A DNA stretch of 64,000 nt. Source: Candidatus Hadarchaeum sp. Lineage in GTDB: Archaea > Hadarchaeota > Hadarchaeia > Hadarchaeales > Hadarchaeaceae. The notes beneath the pieces are model-generated. The model did no database searches and was not told the DNA's origin. It saw only the letters and a program-made list of their open reading frames with translations. Of the stretch, positions 56,623 to 64,000 are shown piece after piece (within the stretch, counting starts at the first letter, position 1; every line of letters starts with the position of its first letter). Made by a program: the position numbers and the translations under genes. The stretch spans positions 1 through 64,000 of the forward strand of contig NZ_JAVZIN010000007.1 in assembly GCF_038871235.1 (NCBI RefSeq), read 5' to 3'.

Positions 56623-57339
56623 ATGGCCCATCGCATGTTTAGAAAGAACTCCAAGCTTTCGGCCTCTGAGGAGGAGTACCTCGAGGCCATCTATAAGGAA
56701 CAGACCGAATCCAAGGAACGAGTTAAGGTGAAAGATTTGGCCAAGGACCTTGGGGTTAAGGATCCCAGCGTGGTTGAGATGCTTTCAAGACTAAGCGATA
56801 AGGGCCTGATAACTAGAGATCGCTCTGGGGCCGCTCTTACCGACAGAGGCTTGAATGAAGCTATGAGAGTGGTGCGGCGCCACAAGCTCGCGGAGCGTTT
56901 GCTATGTGATGTCTTTGGCCATGAATTGCCCGGAGTTCATGAGCACGCTTGTGAGTTCGAACACGTCTTCGACGACGAGCTGACGGAAAAAATCGACGAC
57001 CTCCTCAAAAGACCAGCAACTTGCCCTCACGGAGGCCCCATCCCGCGATTGAGTGGAGAGTCAGTACAGCCAGCAAAGCCCCTCTCAGACCTAGCCTGCG
57101 GCGAATCTTGTACTGTGGTCACAATACCTGAAGAGAGGGAATCGGTAGAGCGTCTGCTGGCATTGAACATACTTCCAGGTTCTAGGGTGAAGGTGGTGGA
57201 AAAGCTGCCCCGCGGGGCCATTATGCTTCAGTGCGGTAAAATGCAGGTCGCGCTCAGTCGCGATATAGCTTCCAAAATTTTGGTGAAACGGCCGGAGATG
57301 GGGAGGGTTCGGCACCGAGCGCGCCACGGTCAGCGTTGA
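56623..57339 (+). CDS. DtxR/IdeR-family metal-dependent regulator with C-terminal FeoA domain
   Basis: EEYLEAIY, SVVEML, RRHKLAERLL, HEHACEFEH, CPHG.PIP and a FeoA SH3-like tail. Confidence 0.92.
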   Translation: MAHRMFRKNSKLSASEEEYLEAIYKEQTESKERVKVKDLAKDLGVKDPSVVEMLSRLSDKGLITRDRSGAALTDRGLNEAMRVVRRHKLAERLLCDVFGHELPGVHEHACEFEHVFDDELTEKIDDLLKRPATCPHGGPIPRLSGESVQPAKPLSDLACGESCTVVTIPEERESVERLLALNILPGSRVKVVEKLPRGAIMLQCGKMQVALSRDIASKILVKRPEMGRVRHRARHGQR

Positions 57340-57343
57340 TTTT

Positions 57344-59320
57344 TTGGTGACTACCATGTCGGCGGTAAAGAAATCTGAGATAGTGGTGGCGCTTGCTGGG
57401 ACCCCCAACGTAGGCAAGAGTGCCATTTTTCACCAGATCACCGGCGCCGATGTGATAGTTTCCAATTATCCGGGAACAACTGTGGAGCTGATGGAGGGCT
57501 GGGTGAAGCGCGGCGATTATGATATCAGAGTTATCGATCTTCCCGGCGTTTATTCGCTTGGCGCGGTTTCCCAAGATGAGCTGGTTGCCCGGCGTGCTAT
57601 TCTGGAACAGGAACCTGATGTGATCGTGAATATACTCGATGCTTCGAACCTGGAACGGAGCCTTTTCTTGACCCTGCAGCTGATGGAGCTTGGCCGCCCG
57701 ATGCTGGTGATTATGAATATGTATGATGTGGCACTGGCGAGGGGCCTCCATCCGAATGCTGAAGCACTCTCGAGCAAGCTCGGCCTGCCGGTGGTGACCA
57801 CTGTTGCCACACGCGGGGAAAACGTTGCTAGGGCCTTTGATAAGGCCATAGAAGTTGCCTTGGCGAGGAATAGACCCGAGAAGGTTTTACCTTTGACCCG
57901 GGATACTGAGAGGGCGATAAAGGGGCTTGCAGGAGAGATAGTCAGATCTCTAGGTAAAACACCGTTTGGACTCTCTGCACGGACCCTTGCCATAAAACTT
58001 CTGGAAGGCGATGAACACCTCATAAAGGCAGTGGCCGATCTTCCTGGCAGCGAGCGCGTTCTGATGAAGGCAAGGAAGTTGGCTAGGGAAATGGTGACCA
58101 AATATGGTGAACCGTCTGCTTACAGAATTGCCCGTGAGCGCCATGGCATCGCGGCCATGATCTCGCGAGAAGTGACTGAAAGGGCCCCAGCCAAACTGAA
58201 GTGGGCCCATCGTTTGGACGACATAACTTCAAGCGTACGAACTGGTGTGCCGATAATGGTGGCTGTTTTCGCGGCTCTGATTCTCTTGTTGATCTACGTG
58301 GGTGGATTTCTGGAGGGTTTGCTGGTCGAGGGTTGGGAAATTTTCGTCTCGCCGCTGCTTCGCGGTTTTTTTAACACATTGGGTGATCTGGGTCGGATTC
58401 TAGATATTGGAATCAACCAAGGCATCATCGGGATCTTGGCGGTCATGATTCCTTACATTCTGGTCTTTTTTCTCGTCTTCGCCCTGCTCGAGGACATCGG
58501 TTATCTGCCGCGCATGGCCTTTGTGATGGATTCGGCTATGCACCGGATAGGACTTCACGGACGTGCAGTAGTTCCGATGCTGGGCGGTTTCGGTTGCAAT
58601 GTCCCCGCAATCATGGCCACGAGGGTACTGATAACGAGACGGGAGAGACTGATCGCCAACTTTCTTATCACCATGGTTCCCTGCTCAGCGCGTACTGCTG
58701 TAATTCTTGGCACGGTTGGATATTTTTTGGGCGTCCAATATGCGCTTTTGATTTACGGCATCATCTTAATTCTAATCTTCATCGTCGGACTGGTTCTCAA
58801 CCGATTCTTACGCGGTCGGGTTTCTGGGATGATCATGGAGATGCCACCGCTACGCTTGCCCATACTCAGGCCGCTGTTAAGCAAGACATGGATGAGGATG
58901 AAGCACTTCGTCTATTTTGCCACTCCTGTGCTTATCGTCGGCAGCCTAGTGATAGGTGCTCTGCATGTTTTCGAATTGTTGGCCGCGATAGTCGCGCCGC
59001 TCTCCCCACTCACCTCGGGCTGGCTAGGCCTGCCTGCCGTGACCATCATCTCGCTTCTCTATGGCTTCATCAGAAAAGAAGGGGCGCTTGTTCTGCTGGT
59101 GACCATAGCAGGTACATCGAACCTGTTGAATTTCATGACCCCCCTGCAGTTGTTTGTCTTTGCTCTTGTCGTCTCAATCTACGTGCCTTGTGCAGCCACC
59201 GTAGCGGCTCTTAAGCAGGAACTAGGCTGGAAGGACGCGATCATGATAAGCGCGAGTACTTTTCTTATTGCGCTGCTAGTAGGTGGTATTTTCAATCACC
59301 TGAACCCCATTGGGCTTTGA
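57344..59320 (+). CDS. feoB: Ferrous iron transporter FeoB
   Basis: GTPNVGKS, NYPGTTV, DLPG.YSL, NMYD, GFGCNVPA, PCSAR and YVPC. Confidence 0.95.
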   Translation: MVTTMSAVKKSEIVVALAGTPNVGKSAIFHQITGADVIVSNYPGTTVELMEGWVKRGDYDIRVIDLPGVYSLGAVSQDELVARRAILEQEPDVIVNILDASNLERSLFLTLQLMELGRPMLVIMNMYDVALARGLHPNAEALSSKLGLPVVTTVATRGENVARAFDKAIEVALARNRPEKVLPLTRDTERAIKGLAGEIVRSLGKTPFGLSARTLAIKLLEGDEHLIKAVADLPGSERVLMKARKLAREMVTKYGEPSAYRIARERHGIAAMISREVTERAPAKLKWAHRLDDITSSVRTGVPIMVAVFAALILLLIYVGGFLEGLLVEGWEIFVSPLLRGFFNTLGDLGRILDIGINQGIIGILAVMIPYILVFFLVFALLEDIGYLPRMAFVMDSAMHRIGLHGRAVVPMLGGFGCNVPAIMATRVLITRRERLIANFLITMVPCSARTAVILGTVGYFLGVQYALLIYGIILILIFIVGLVLNRFLRGRVSGMIMEMPPLRLPILRPLLSKTWMRMKHFVYFATPVLIVGSLVIGALHVFELLAAIVAPLSPLTSGWLGLPAVTIISLLYGFIRKEGALVLLVTIAGTSNLLNFMTPLQLFVFALVVSIYVPCAATVAALKQELGWKDAIMISASTFLIALLVGGIFNHLNPIGL

Positions 59321-59331
59321 AGGCAATCTTA

Positions 59332-59351
59332 TTACGTGCGAATGAACATAA
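59332..59351. promoter_or_regulatory. Imperfect 20-bp palindrome (candidate operator) upstream of DUF134 gene
   Basis: TTACGTGC-GAAT-GAACATAA, with a near copy at 63793-63812. Confidence 0.5.
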
Positions 59352-59363
59352 ACTATTGATACC

Positions 59364-59714
59364 ATGCCGCGACGATGGTGCTGGCGGAGAGGTGGGCCGG
59401 GTAGGCCGATGAAGCCGCGATTTCTCAGTTCTGTGCCATCACCAACCATGTTTGTTCCTTGGGTTCCAGGTGGCGGCCCCATGCCCACTAAAGAGCCGAT
59501 TTACCTCTCCTACGATGAGTACGAGTCCCTGCGTTTGACTTACATAGAGGGTTTGAATCAGGAGGAGGTCGCCGAGCGAATGAAGATATCGCGTGGCACC
59601 GTCTGGCGTTGTCTGGAGAGCGCCAGAAATAAGCTCGTCCGGATGATGGTCGAGCGGAGACCTCTGATCATCGCCGATAAACCACCTCAGCCACCGGAGG
59701 GGCCGAGCACTTGA
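59364..59714 (+). CDS. DUF134-family HTH DNA-binding protein
   Basis: GRP.KPR, DEYESLRL...GLNQEE.A.RM.ISRGTVWR.L.SAR.K. Confidence 0.88.
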   Translation: MPRRWCWRRGGPGRPMKPRFLSSVPSPTMFVPWVPGGGPMPTKEPIYLSYDEYESLRLTYIEGLNQEEVAERMKISRGTVWRCLESARNKLVRMMVERRPLIIADKPPQPPEGPST

Positions 59715-60568
59715 ACTCAGTAGATGGGCTGAGGCTTACGGTATTGGTCGAGGACACCAAGAAAAGGCCCGATCTTGCAGCCAAACACGGTCTATCATTT
59801 TTCATCGAGGTTGAATCAGCAGGTAGTATTACCACGTTGCTACTGGATGCCGGGCCCTCGGCGGAACTGGTGCTGGGCAATGCTCGAAAGCTGGGCATTG
59901 ATCTGGGGAAATTGGATTACATTGTTATCAGTCATGGACATTACGATCACACCGGCGGGCTTTTAGGAGTCCTGAAATTCGTCAACAAGAAGGTACCCGT
60001 GGTTCTTCATCCGCAGGCGCTTGTGCCAAAATTTGTGGTGAAACAGGGAAGGCTCAAGAAGATAGGCATTACAAGCACGGTTGCGGAGCTTGAGGGTGCC
60101 GGTGGCTTTCTGGCTCGAAATCGGAAGACCCACTCGTTAATGCCGGGCGTATGGGTTAGCGGTGAAATCAAAAGGACAAATCAGTATGAACTGGTTAAGG
60201 GGTTCAAGACTGAGATTGGGGGAAAAGTTGTTAAGGATAACTTGCCCGACGATCAGGCACTTTTCGTGAAGTTGAAGAATGAAGGGCTGTTGGTGATTAC
60301 TGGTTGCGCCCATGCCGGGATAATTAACACAATTGAACACGCTCAAAAGGCAACTGGTTTGAGCCGTTTGCGTGCGGTCATCGGAGGATTTCACTTGTTC
60401 GGATCAAGCGCGAGAAGGATAAATTGGACAACCGAGGAACTCCAGAAACAGGGAGTAGAATTGCTGATGCCTTGCCATTGTACAGGAAGAAGGGCCATCG
60501 CGAAGTTCGTTAAGCTTTACGGTAAAAATTGCCACAGGCTCAGGACTGGTGATGCAGTTGTTTTCTGA
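59711..60568 (+). CDS. MBL-fold metallo-hydrolase (COG1237-like)
   Basis: HGLSF, LLDAG, SHGHYDHTGG, DDQAL, TGCAHAG, GGFHL and PCHCTG. Confidence 0.88.
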   Translation: MNSVDGLRLTVLVEDTKKRPDLAAKHGLSFFIEVESAGSITTLLLDAGPSAELVLGNARKLGIDLGKLDYIVISHGHYDHTGGLLGVLKFVNKKVPVVLHPQALVPKFVVKQGRLKKIGITSTVAELEGAGGFLARNRKTHSLMPGVWVSGEIKRTNQYELVKGFKTEIGGKVVKDNLPDDQALFVKLKNEGLLVITGCAHAGIINTIEHAQKATGLSRLRAVIGGFHLFGSSARRINWTTEELQKQGVELLMPCHCTGRRAIAKFVKLYGKNCHRLRTGDAVVF

Positions 60569-60676
60569 TAAATTAAAATGTTTTCATTCCCAAACTTCTC
60601 ATCAAGAATTCACAATTTGGCACCATCTGGATGATGATTCTTTTCTCTCTTTACGATCGTGATCACAACTTTTAAA

Positions 60677-60693
60677 TTTAGGTAAAACCTAAA
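60677..60693. promoter_or_regulatory. Palindromic operator upstream of second DtxR-family gene
   Basis: TTTAGGT-AAA-ACCTAAA has perfect 7-bp arms. It adjoins a TTTTAAA box and ends 14 nt before the ATG at 60708. Confidence 0.7.
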
Positions 60694-60707
60694 ATTTTTT
60701 GTTAAGA

Positions 60708-61160
60708 ATGAAAACGAAATTAATCGTTACCGAAAATGAGGCCAGGTATTTAATGTTAATTTATAGAAGACAGGTAGAAAACTTTTCCGATTTTGGGACC
60801 ACGGACATAGCAAGAATTCTTAAGGTTCGGCCCGCCACAGTTACGGAAGCGATACAAAACCTTGCCAAAAAGAAACTTGTCAAGCACAGACCCTATCATG
60901 GCGTCCAATTAACCAAGAGGGGAGTAAGGGAAGCCCAAAAACTTTTGAGAAGGCATCGAATTCTTGAACTTTTTCTTTCAGATTTCCTAAAATATGATGT
61001 TAGAAAGTCGTGCCTTGAGGCCTCAAAAATTGATTATCATGTTTCGAGTTCTCTCATCAACGACATTTGCAGGCTTTATGGACATCCGCGCACCTGTCCG
61101 TGTAAAAAGAATATTTTTACTGACCCCGGCTGTTTAAAGGAAAGGGTAAAAGCGAAGTGA
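60708..61160 (+). CDS. DtxR/MntR-family regulator, divergent metal site
   Basis: YL..IY, DIA..LKVRPATVTE, PYHGVQLT, RRHRILE.FL and GHPRTCPC. Confidence 0.88.
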   Translation: MKTKLIVTENEARYLMLIYRRQVENFSDFGTTDIARILKVRPATVTEAIQNLAKKKLVKHRPYHGVQLTKRGVREAQKLLRRHRILELFLSDFLKYDVRKSCLEASKIDYHVSSSLINDICRLYGHPRTCPCKKNIFTDPGCLKERVKAK

Positions 61161-61915
61161 GTTGGATGGAGGGAATGGTTTCGATTCTGTTGGCAACGTT
61201 TTTGGTAAGTTTGATTTCATTTGTCGGGGCAATGACTCTGGTAGTTTCAGAAAGATTACTCAAGTATATCCTGCTGGCACTGGTCGGTTTATCGGCCGGG
61301 GCTCTAATCGGCGGGGCCTTTTTACATCTTTTACCGGAGGCGATAGAAGAAACTGCGGGCGTGGAAATCGGCAACGTTTTTCAGGCAGTAATCGTCGGCT
61401 TCGTGATATTTTTCATCTTGGAAAAGTTACTCTGGCGGCACTGTCACGAAAAGTCTTGTCCGATTCACACGTTTGCCTATCTTAATCTTGTTGGTGACGG
61501 AGTTCATAATTTCATCGATGGCTTGATAATTGCCTCCGGATTCCTAGCCAGTCCACAGCTCGGTTTGGTCACGGCTTTAGCGGTTGCAGCCCACGAGGTT
61601 CCCCAAGAACTCGGTGATTTTGGGGTAATTGTCTACGGTGGTATGAAACCCCGGGTGGCTCTTTTATTAAATTTTGTAACTGCTCTTACTGCCGTTGCTG
61701 GTGGTCTGTTTGGCTATTATTTCTTTTCACATCTGGAGCACGCGATGACTTTTCTCTTGCCTTTTGCCGCCGGTGGATTCCTTTACATTGCCGCCGCTGA
61801 TCTAATACCGGAGCTGCATAAGGAGAGCGATCGGGCAAAGACGGTGCTATCATTTTTGATGTTCATGGTAGGAATAGCCTTGATGTTGGTTATTAAGATA
61901 TTACTCGGGGGTTAA
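61157..61915 (+). CDS. ZIP-family metal (Zn) transporter
   Basis: AFLHLLPEA, WRHCH, GDGVHNFIDG, HEVPQELGDF and AGGFLYIA. Confidence 0.93.
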   Translation: MSWMEGMVSILLATFLVSLISFVGAMTLVVSERLLKYILLALVGLSAGALIGGAFLHLLPEAIEETAGVEIGNVFQAVIVGFVIFFILEKLLWRHCHEKSCPIHTFAYLNLVGDGVHNFIDGLIIASGFLASPQLGLVTALAVAAHEVPQELGDFGVIVYGGMKPRVALLLNFVTALTAVAGGLFGYYFFSHLEHAMTFLLPFAAGGFLYIAAADLIPELHKESDRAKTVLSFLMFMVGIALMLVIKILLGG

Positions 61916-61954
61916 TTTTCTAACTGAGAGCACGATAATCCGTTGGTGCTGGTT

Positions 61955-62722
61955 GTGGCAATAGTTTATGGTCCGGTTTCTTCTTGGCGGTTAGGAAGAT
62001 CGTTGGGCGTGGATCCAATTTGCCAAAGGGGAAAGATCTGCTCGTTTGACTGCATCTACTGTTCGCTCGGTCCAACCACCGCGAAGTCGGTTGAACGGAG
62101 GATTTTTGTCACCGAAGACCAAGTCGCGCGCGCCCTCAGGCGAGCCATCAAGAGGGTTAACGCTGATGTGGTGACTTTCTCCGGTACCGGCGAACCAACG
62201 CTGGCTCAGAACTTGGGGGCACTTATAGAGACCGCTCGGGAGATTTCAGGGTTACCCGTGGCGGTTCTGACCAACTCTTCACTTAAGAGCAGGAAGGATG
62301 TTAGAGAGGATCTGGTCAAGGCAGATGTGGTGAAGGGCAAGTTGGATGTTTTCAACGATCAGCTGCTACGGATGATAAATCGACCTCATCAGAGCTTGAG
62401 TTTTCAGAAAATTGTTGAGGGGTTGAAGAAATTCCGTGCCGGTTTCAGAGGCAAGTTCCAATTGGAGGTCATGTTCGTCCCGGAGAATATGGGTTTTTCT
62501 CGCGAGATCGCCGAAATTGTCAGATCAGTAGGTCCCGACGAGGTTCAGATCAACACACCTCTTAGGCCCAGCCCAACCAGACCGCTGACGCCGCAGGAGT
62601 TAGAGCGTGTTCAGAAGGATTTTGAGGGAATGAATTTACGATCGGTTTATCTTGCAGCGAAGCCTAGAGTGGGCATGACTGTAGGTAAAGGGAAGATGAG
62701 AAGGCTCAAGAGGTCTGATTAA
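61955..62722 (+). CDS. Radical SAM protein (COG0731-like)
   Basis: YGPVSSWRLGRSLG, CSFDCIYC and FSGTGEPTL. Confidence 0.88.
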   Translation: MAIVYGPVSSWRLGRSLGVDPICQRGKICSFDCIYCSLGPTTAKSVERRIFVTEDQVARALRRAIKRVNADVVTFSGTGEPTLAQNLGALIETAREISGLPVAVLTNSSLKSRKDVREDLVKADVVKGKLDVFNDQLLRMINRPHQSLSFQKIVEGLKKFRAGFRGKFQLEVMFVPENMGFSREIAEIVRSVGPDEVQINTPLRPSPTRPLTPQELERVQKDFEGMNLRSVYLAAKPRVGMTVGKGKMRRLKRSD

Positions 62723-62818
62723 AATAAATTCGGTGAGGGCAAATTTACCTTAAAATTAGTTCTTGATGAAAAAGGACTAAAATCTAAAATATCAAAGATC
62801 CATGGCTAATTGACATTC

Positions 62819-63700
62819 ATGAGTACTCAGCCTTTGAATGCTGAAGTTAAAGACGCCGCCGTTGCCGCGCAGAGGGAGGAGATCAATGGTCACCTCATTT
62901 ACAAGAGGCTGGCAACGGTTGCAAGAGATCCGCGCACTAAGGAGATTTTGGAACGGATGGCCACAGATGAACTCAGACACTACAACTTCTGGAAAGAGCA
63001 CACCCAGATCAACGTGAAACCCAGCAGGATGTTGGTTTGGTTTTACGTTTTCGTCTCGAGAATTTTTGGCATAACTTTTGGTTTGAAATTGATGGAAAAT
63101 AGCGAGGAGCGAGCTCAAGAAATCTACGATAAATTGTCCAAGTTTGTGGCGGGGGCTGAGGAAATCCTGCGGGACGAGGAGATTCACGAGGACCAACTTA
63201 TCGGTTCTGTTAAGGAGGAAAGGCTTGATTATGTTAGCTCCATGGTGCTGGGGTTGAATGACGCGCTGGTAGAGTTAACCGGGGCGTTGGCTGGATTCAG
63301 CTTAGCCTTTCAGAACAGTCTAGTTGTCGCAGTGGCAGGCTTGATCACAGGGATCGCGGCTTCTCTTTCCATGGCCACTTCCGCGTACCTTTCGACGAAG
63401 GCGGAGGGGTCTTCGAAACTTCCGCTCAAGGCCGCGCTTTACACGGGAAGTGCTTATCTGATTACGGTGATGCTACTAATAGCGCCATTTCTCTTATTTC
63501 AGGAGACCATTCTTTCGCTGGGAGTAACGATAACGTTTGCCATCCTCATCATTTTTGTTTTCACCTACTACATTTCCGTGGCTAAGGATCTTCCCTTTAA
63601 GAGAAGATTTGTCGAGATGGCGGCGATTAGCCTGGGGGTTGCCGCGCTGACGTTTTTGATCGGGGTTATTGTCAGGGTGTATCTGGGAATCGAAATCTGA
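62819..63700 (+). CDS. Rubrerythrin-like domain + VIT1/CCC1 transporter (MbfA-like iron exporter)
   Basis: N-terminal E..H diiron motifs (DELRH, DEEIHE) and VLGLNDALVE...SLSMA VIT1 signature. Confidence 0.88.
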   Translation: MSTQPLNAEVKDAAVAAQREEINGHLIYKRLATVARDPRTKEILERMATDELRHYNFWKEHTQINVKPSRMLVWFYVFVSRIFGITFGLKLMENSEERAQEIYDKLSKFVAGAEEILRDEEIHEDQLIGSVKEERLDYVSSMVLGLNDALVELTGALAGFSLAFQNSLVVAVAGLITGIAASLSMATSAYLSTKAEGSSKLPLKAALYTGSAYLITVMLLIAPFLLFQETILSLGVTITFAILIIFVFTYYISVAKDLPFKRRFVEMAAISLGVAALTFLIGVIVRVYLGIEI

Positions 63701-63792
63701 GACTATGGGAGTCGATTTGTCTAGTAGTAGATATTAGAAGTTTAAATGATGGTTTTATAACTCGGGTCTAGCTTAATCAAAAGCTTTTTATA

Positions 63793-63812
63793 TTTTGTGC
63801 AATAGAACATAA
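63793..63812. promoter_or_regulatory. Second copy of 20-bp candidate operator
   Basis: TTTTGTGC-AATA-GAACATAA lies immediately after a TTTTTATA box. Confidence 0.5.
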
Positions 63813-63826
63813 TTTTGGTGATATTA

Positions 63827-64000
63827 ATGTGTGGGTGGAGAAGAGCAAGCCAGTATTGGCCTGGCAGAGGGCCGTTCAACTATTTACCCCCATGGGAACG
63901 TCCTGGTTGGCTCTACGGTCCAAGGGCTTGCTGGCGGTTCTATATCCAGAAGGCGCGTCCGGCAAAGGCTTCGCCGGATGTAGATCTCGAATACCTCAAA
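63827..64000 (+). CDS. DUF5320-like protein, 3'-truncated by window edge
   Basis: ATG after GGTGAT, encoding MCGWRRASQYWPGRGPFNYLPPWERPGWLYG. The family assignment is from recall of the GPF..LPPW.RPGW motif. Confidence 0.6.
   Translation, partial: MCGWRRASQYWPGRGPFNYLPPWERPGWLYGPRACWRFYIQKARPAKASPDVDLEYLK

Noticed and set aside
60631-60670. ATGATGA C-box-like motif (possible C/D sRNA)
   Set aside because: No matching CTGA D box at a suitable distance was seen.
1-64000. tRNA, rRNA, CRISPR arrays, transposases or integrases
   Set aside because: None were recognised by eye in the intergenic gaps or ORFs. tRNAscan-SE, Infernal and a CRISPR finder would be needed to exclude them formally.

Overview
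This is an archaeal chromosomal window: RadA, SRP54, L21e, Rpo4, archaeal ProRS/ThrRS, pantoate kinase, GGTGA-type Shine-Dalgarno sites, and many TTG/GTG starts. The gene content suggests an anaerobic euryarchaeote-like lineage such as Hadarchaeota, but this is an unverified inference. It is mostly core metabolism: inositol-lipid genes, NAD salvage, proline, CoA, ilv/leu, POR/KOR and translation genes. The last ~12 kb is a metal/redox-homeostasis island. Main points of interest: (1) myo-inositol-1-phosphate synthase is interrupted at its GGN|TDF active-site motif by a 469-aa Ser1/LAGLIDADG intein and is preceded by a Zn-ribbon/PD-(D/E)xK gene and a divergent PadR. (2) The metal island has two DtxR paralogues, one with rewired Cys-rich ligands upstream of a ZIP transporter, each with its own palindromic operator. 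(3) A second shared 20-bp palindrome precedes the DUF134 and DUF5320-like genes. (4) An unannotated 48-aa, 7-Cys desulforedoxin-like peptide precedes a ferritin-like, methanoredoxin-like and FDR-like gene set. (5) There is an ATP-cone/Mrr-type nuclease and a DUF2283 toxin-antitoxin-like pair. No rRNA, tRNA, CRISPR array or transposase was seen by eye.
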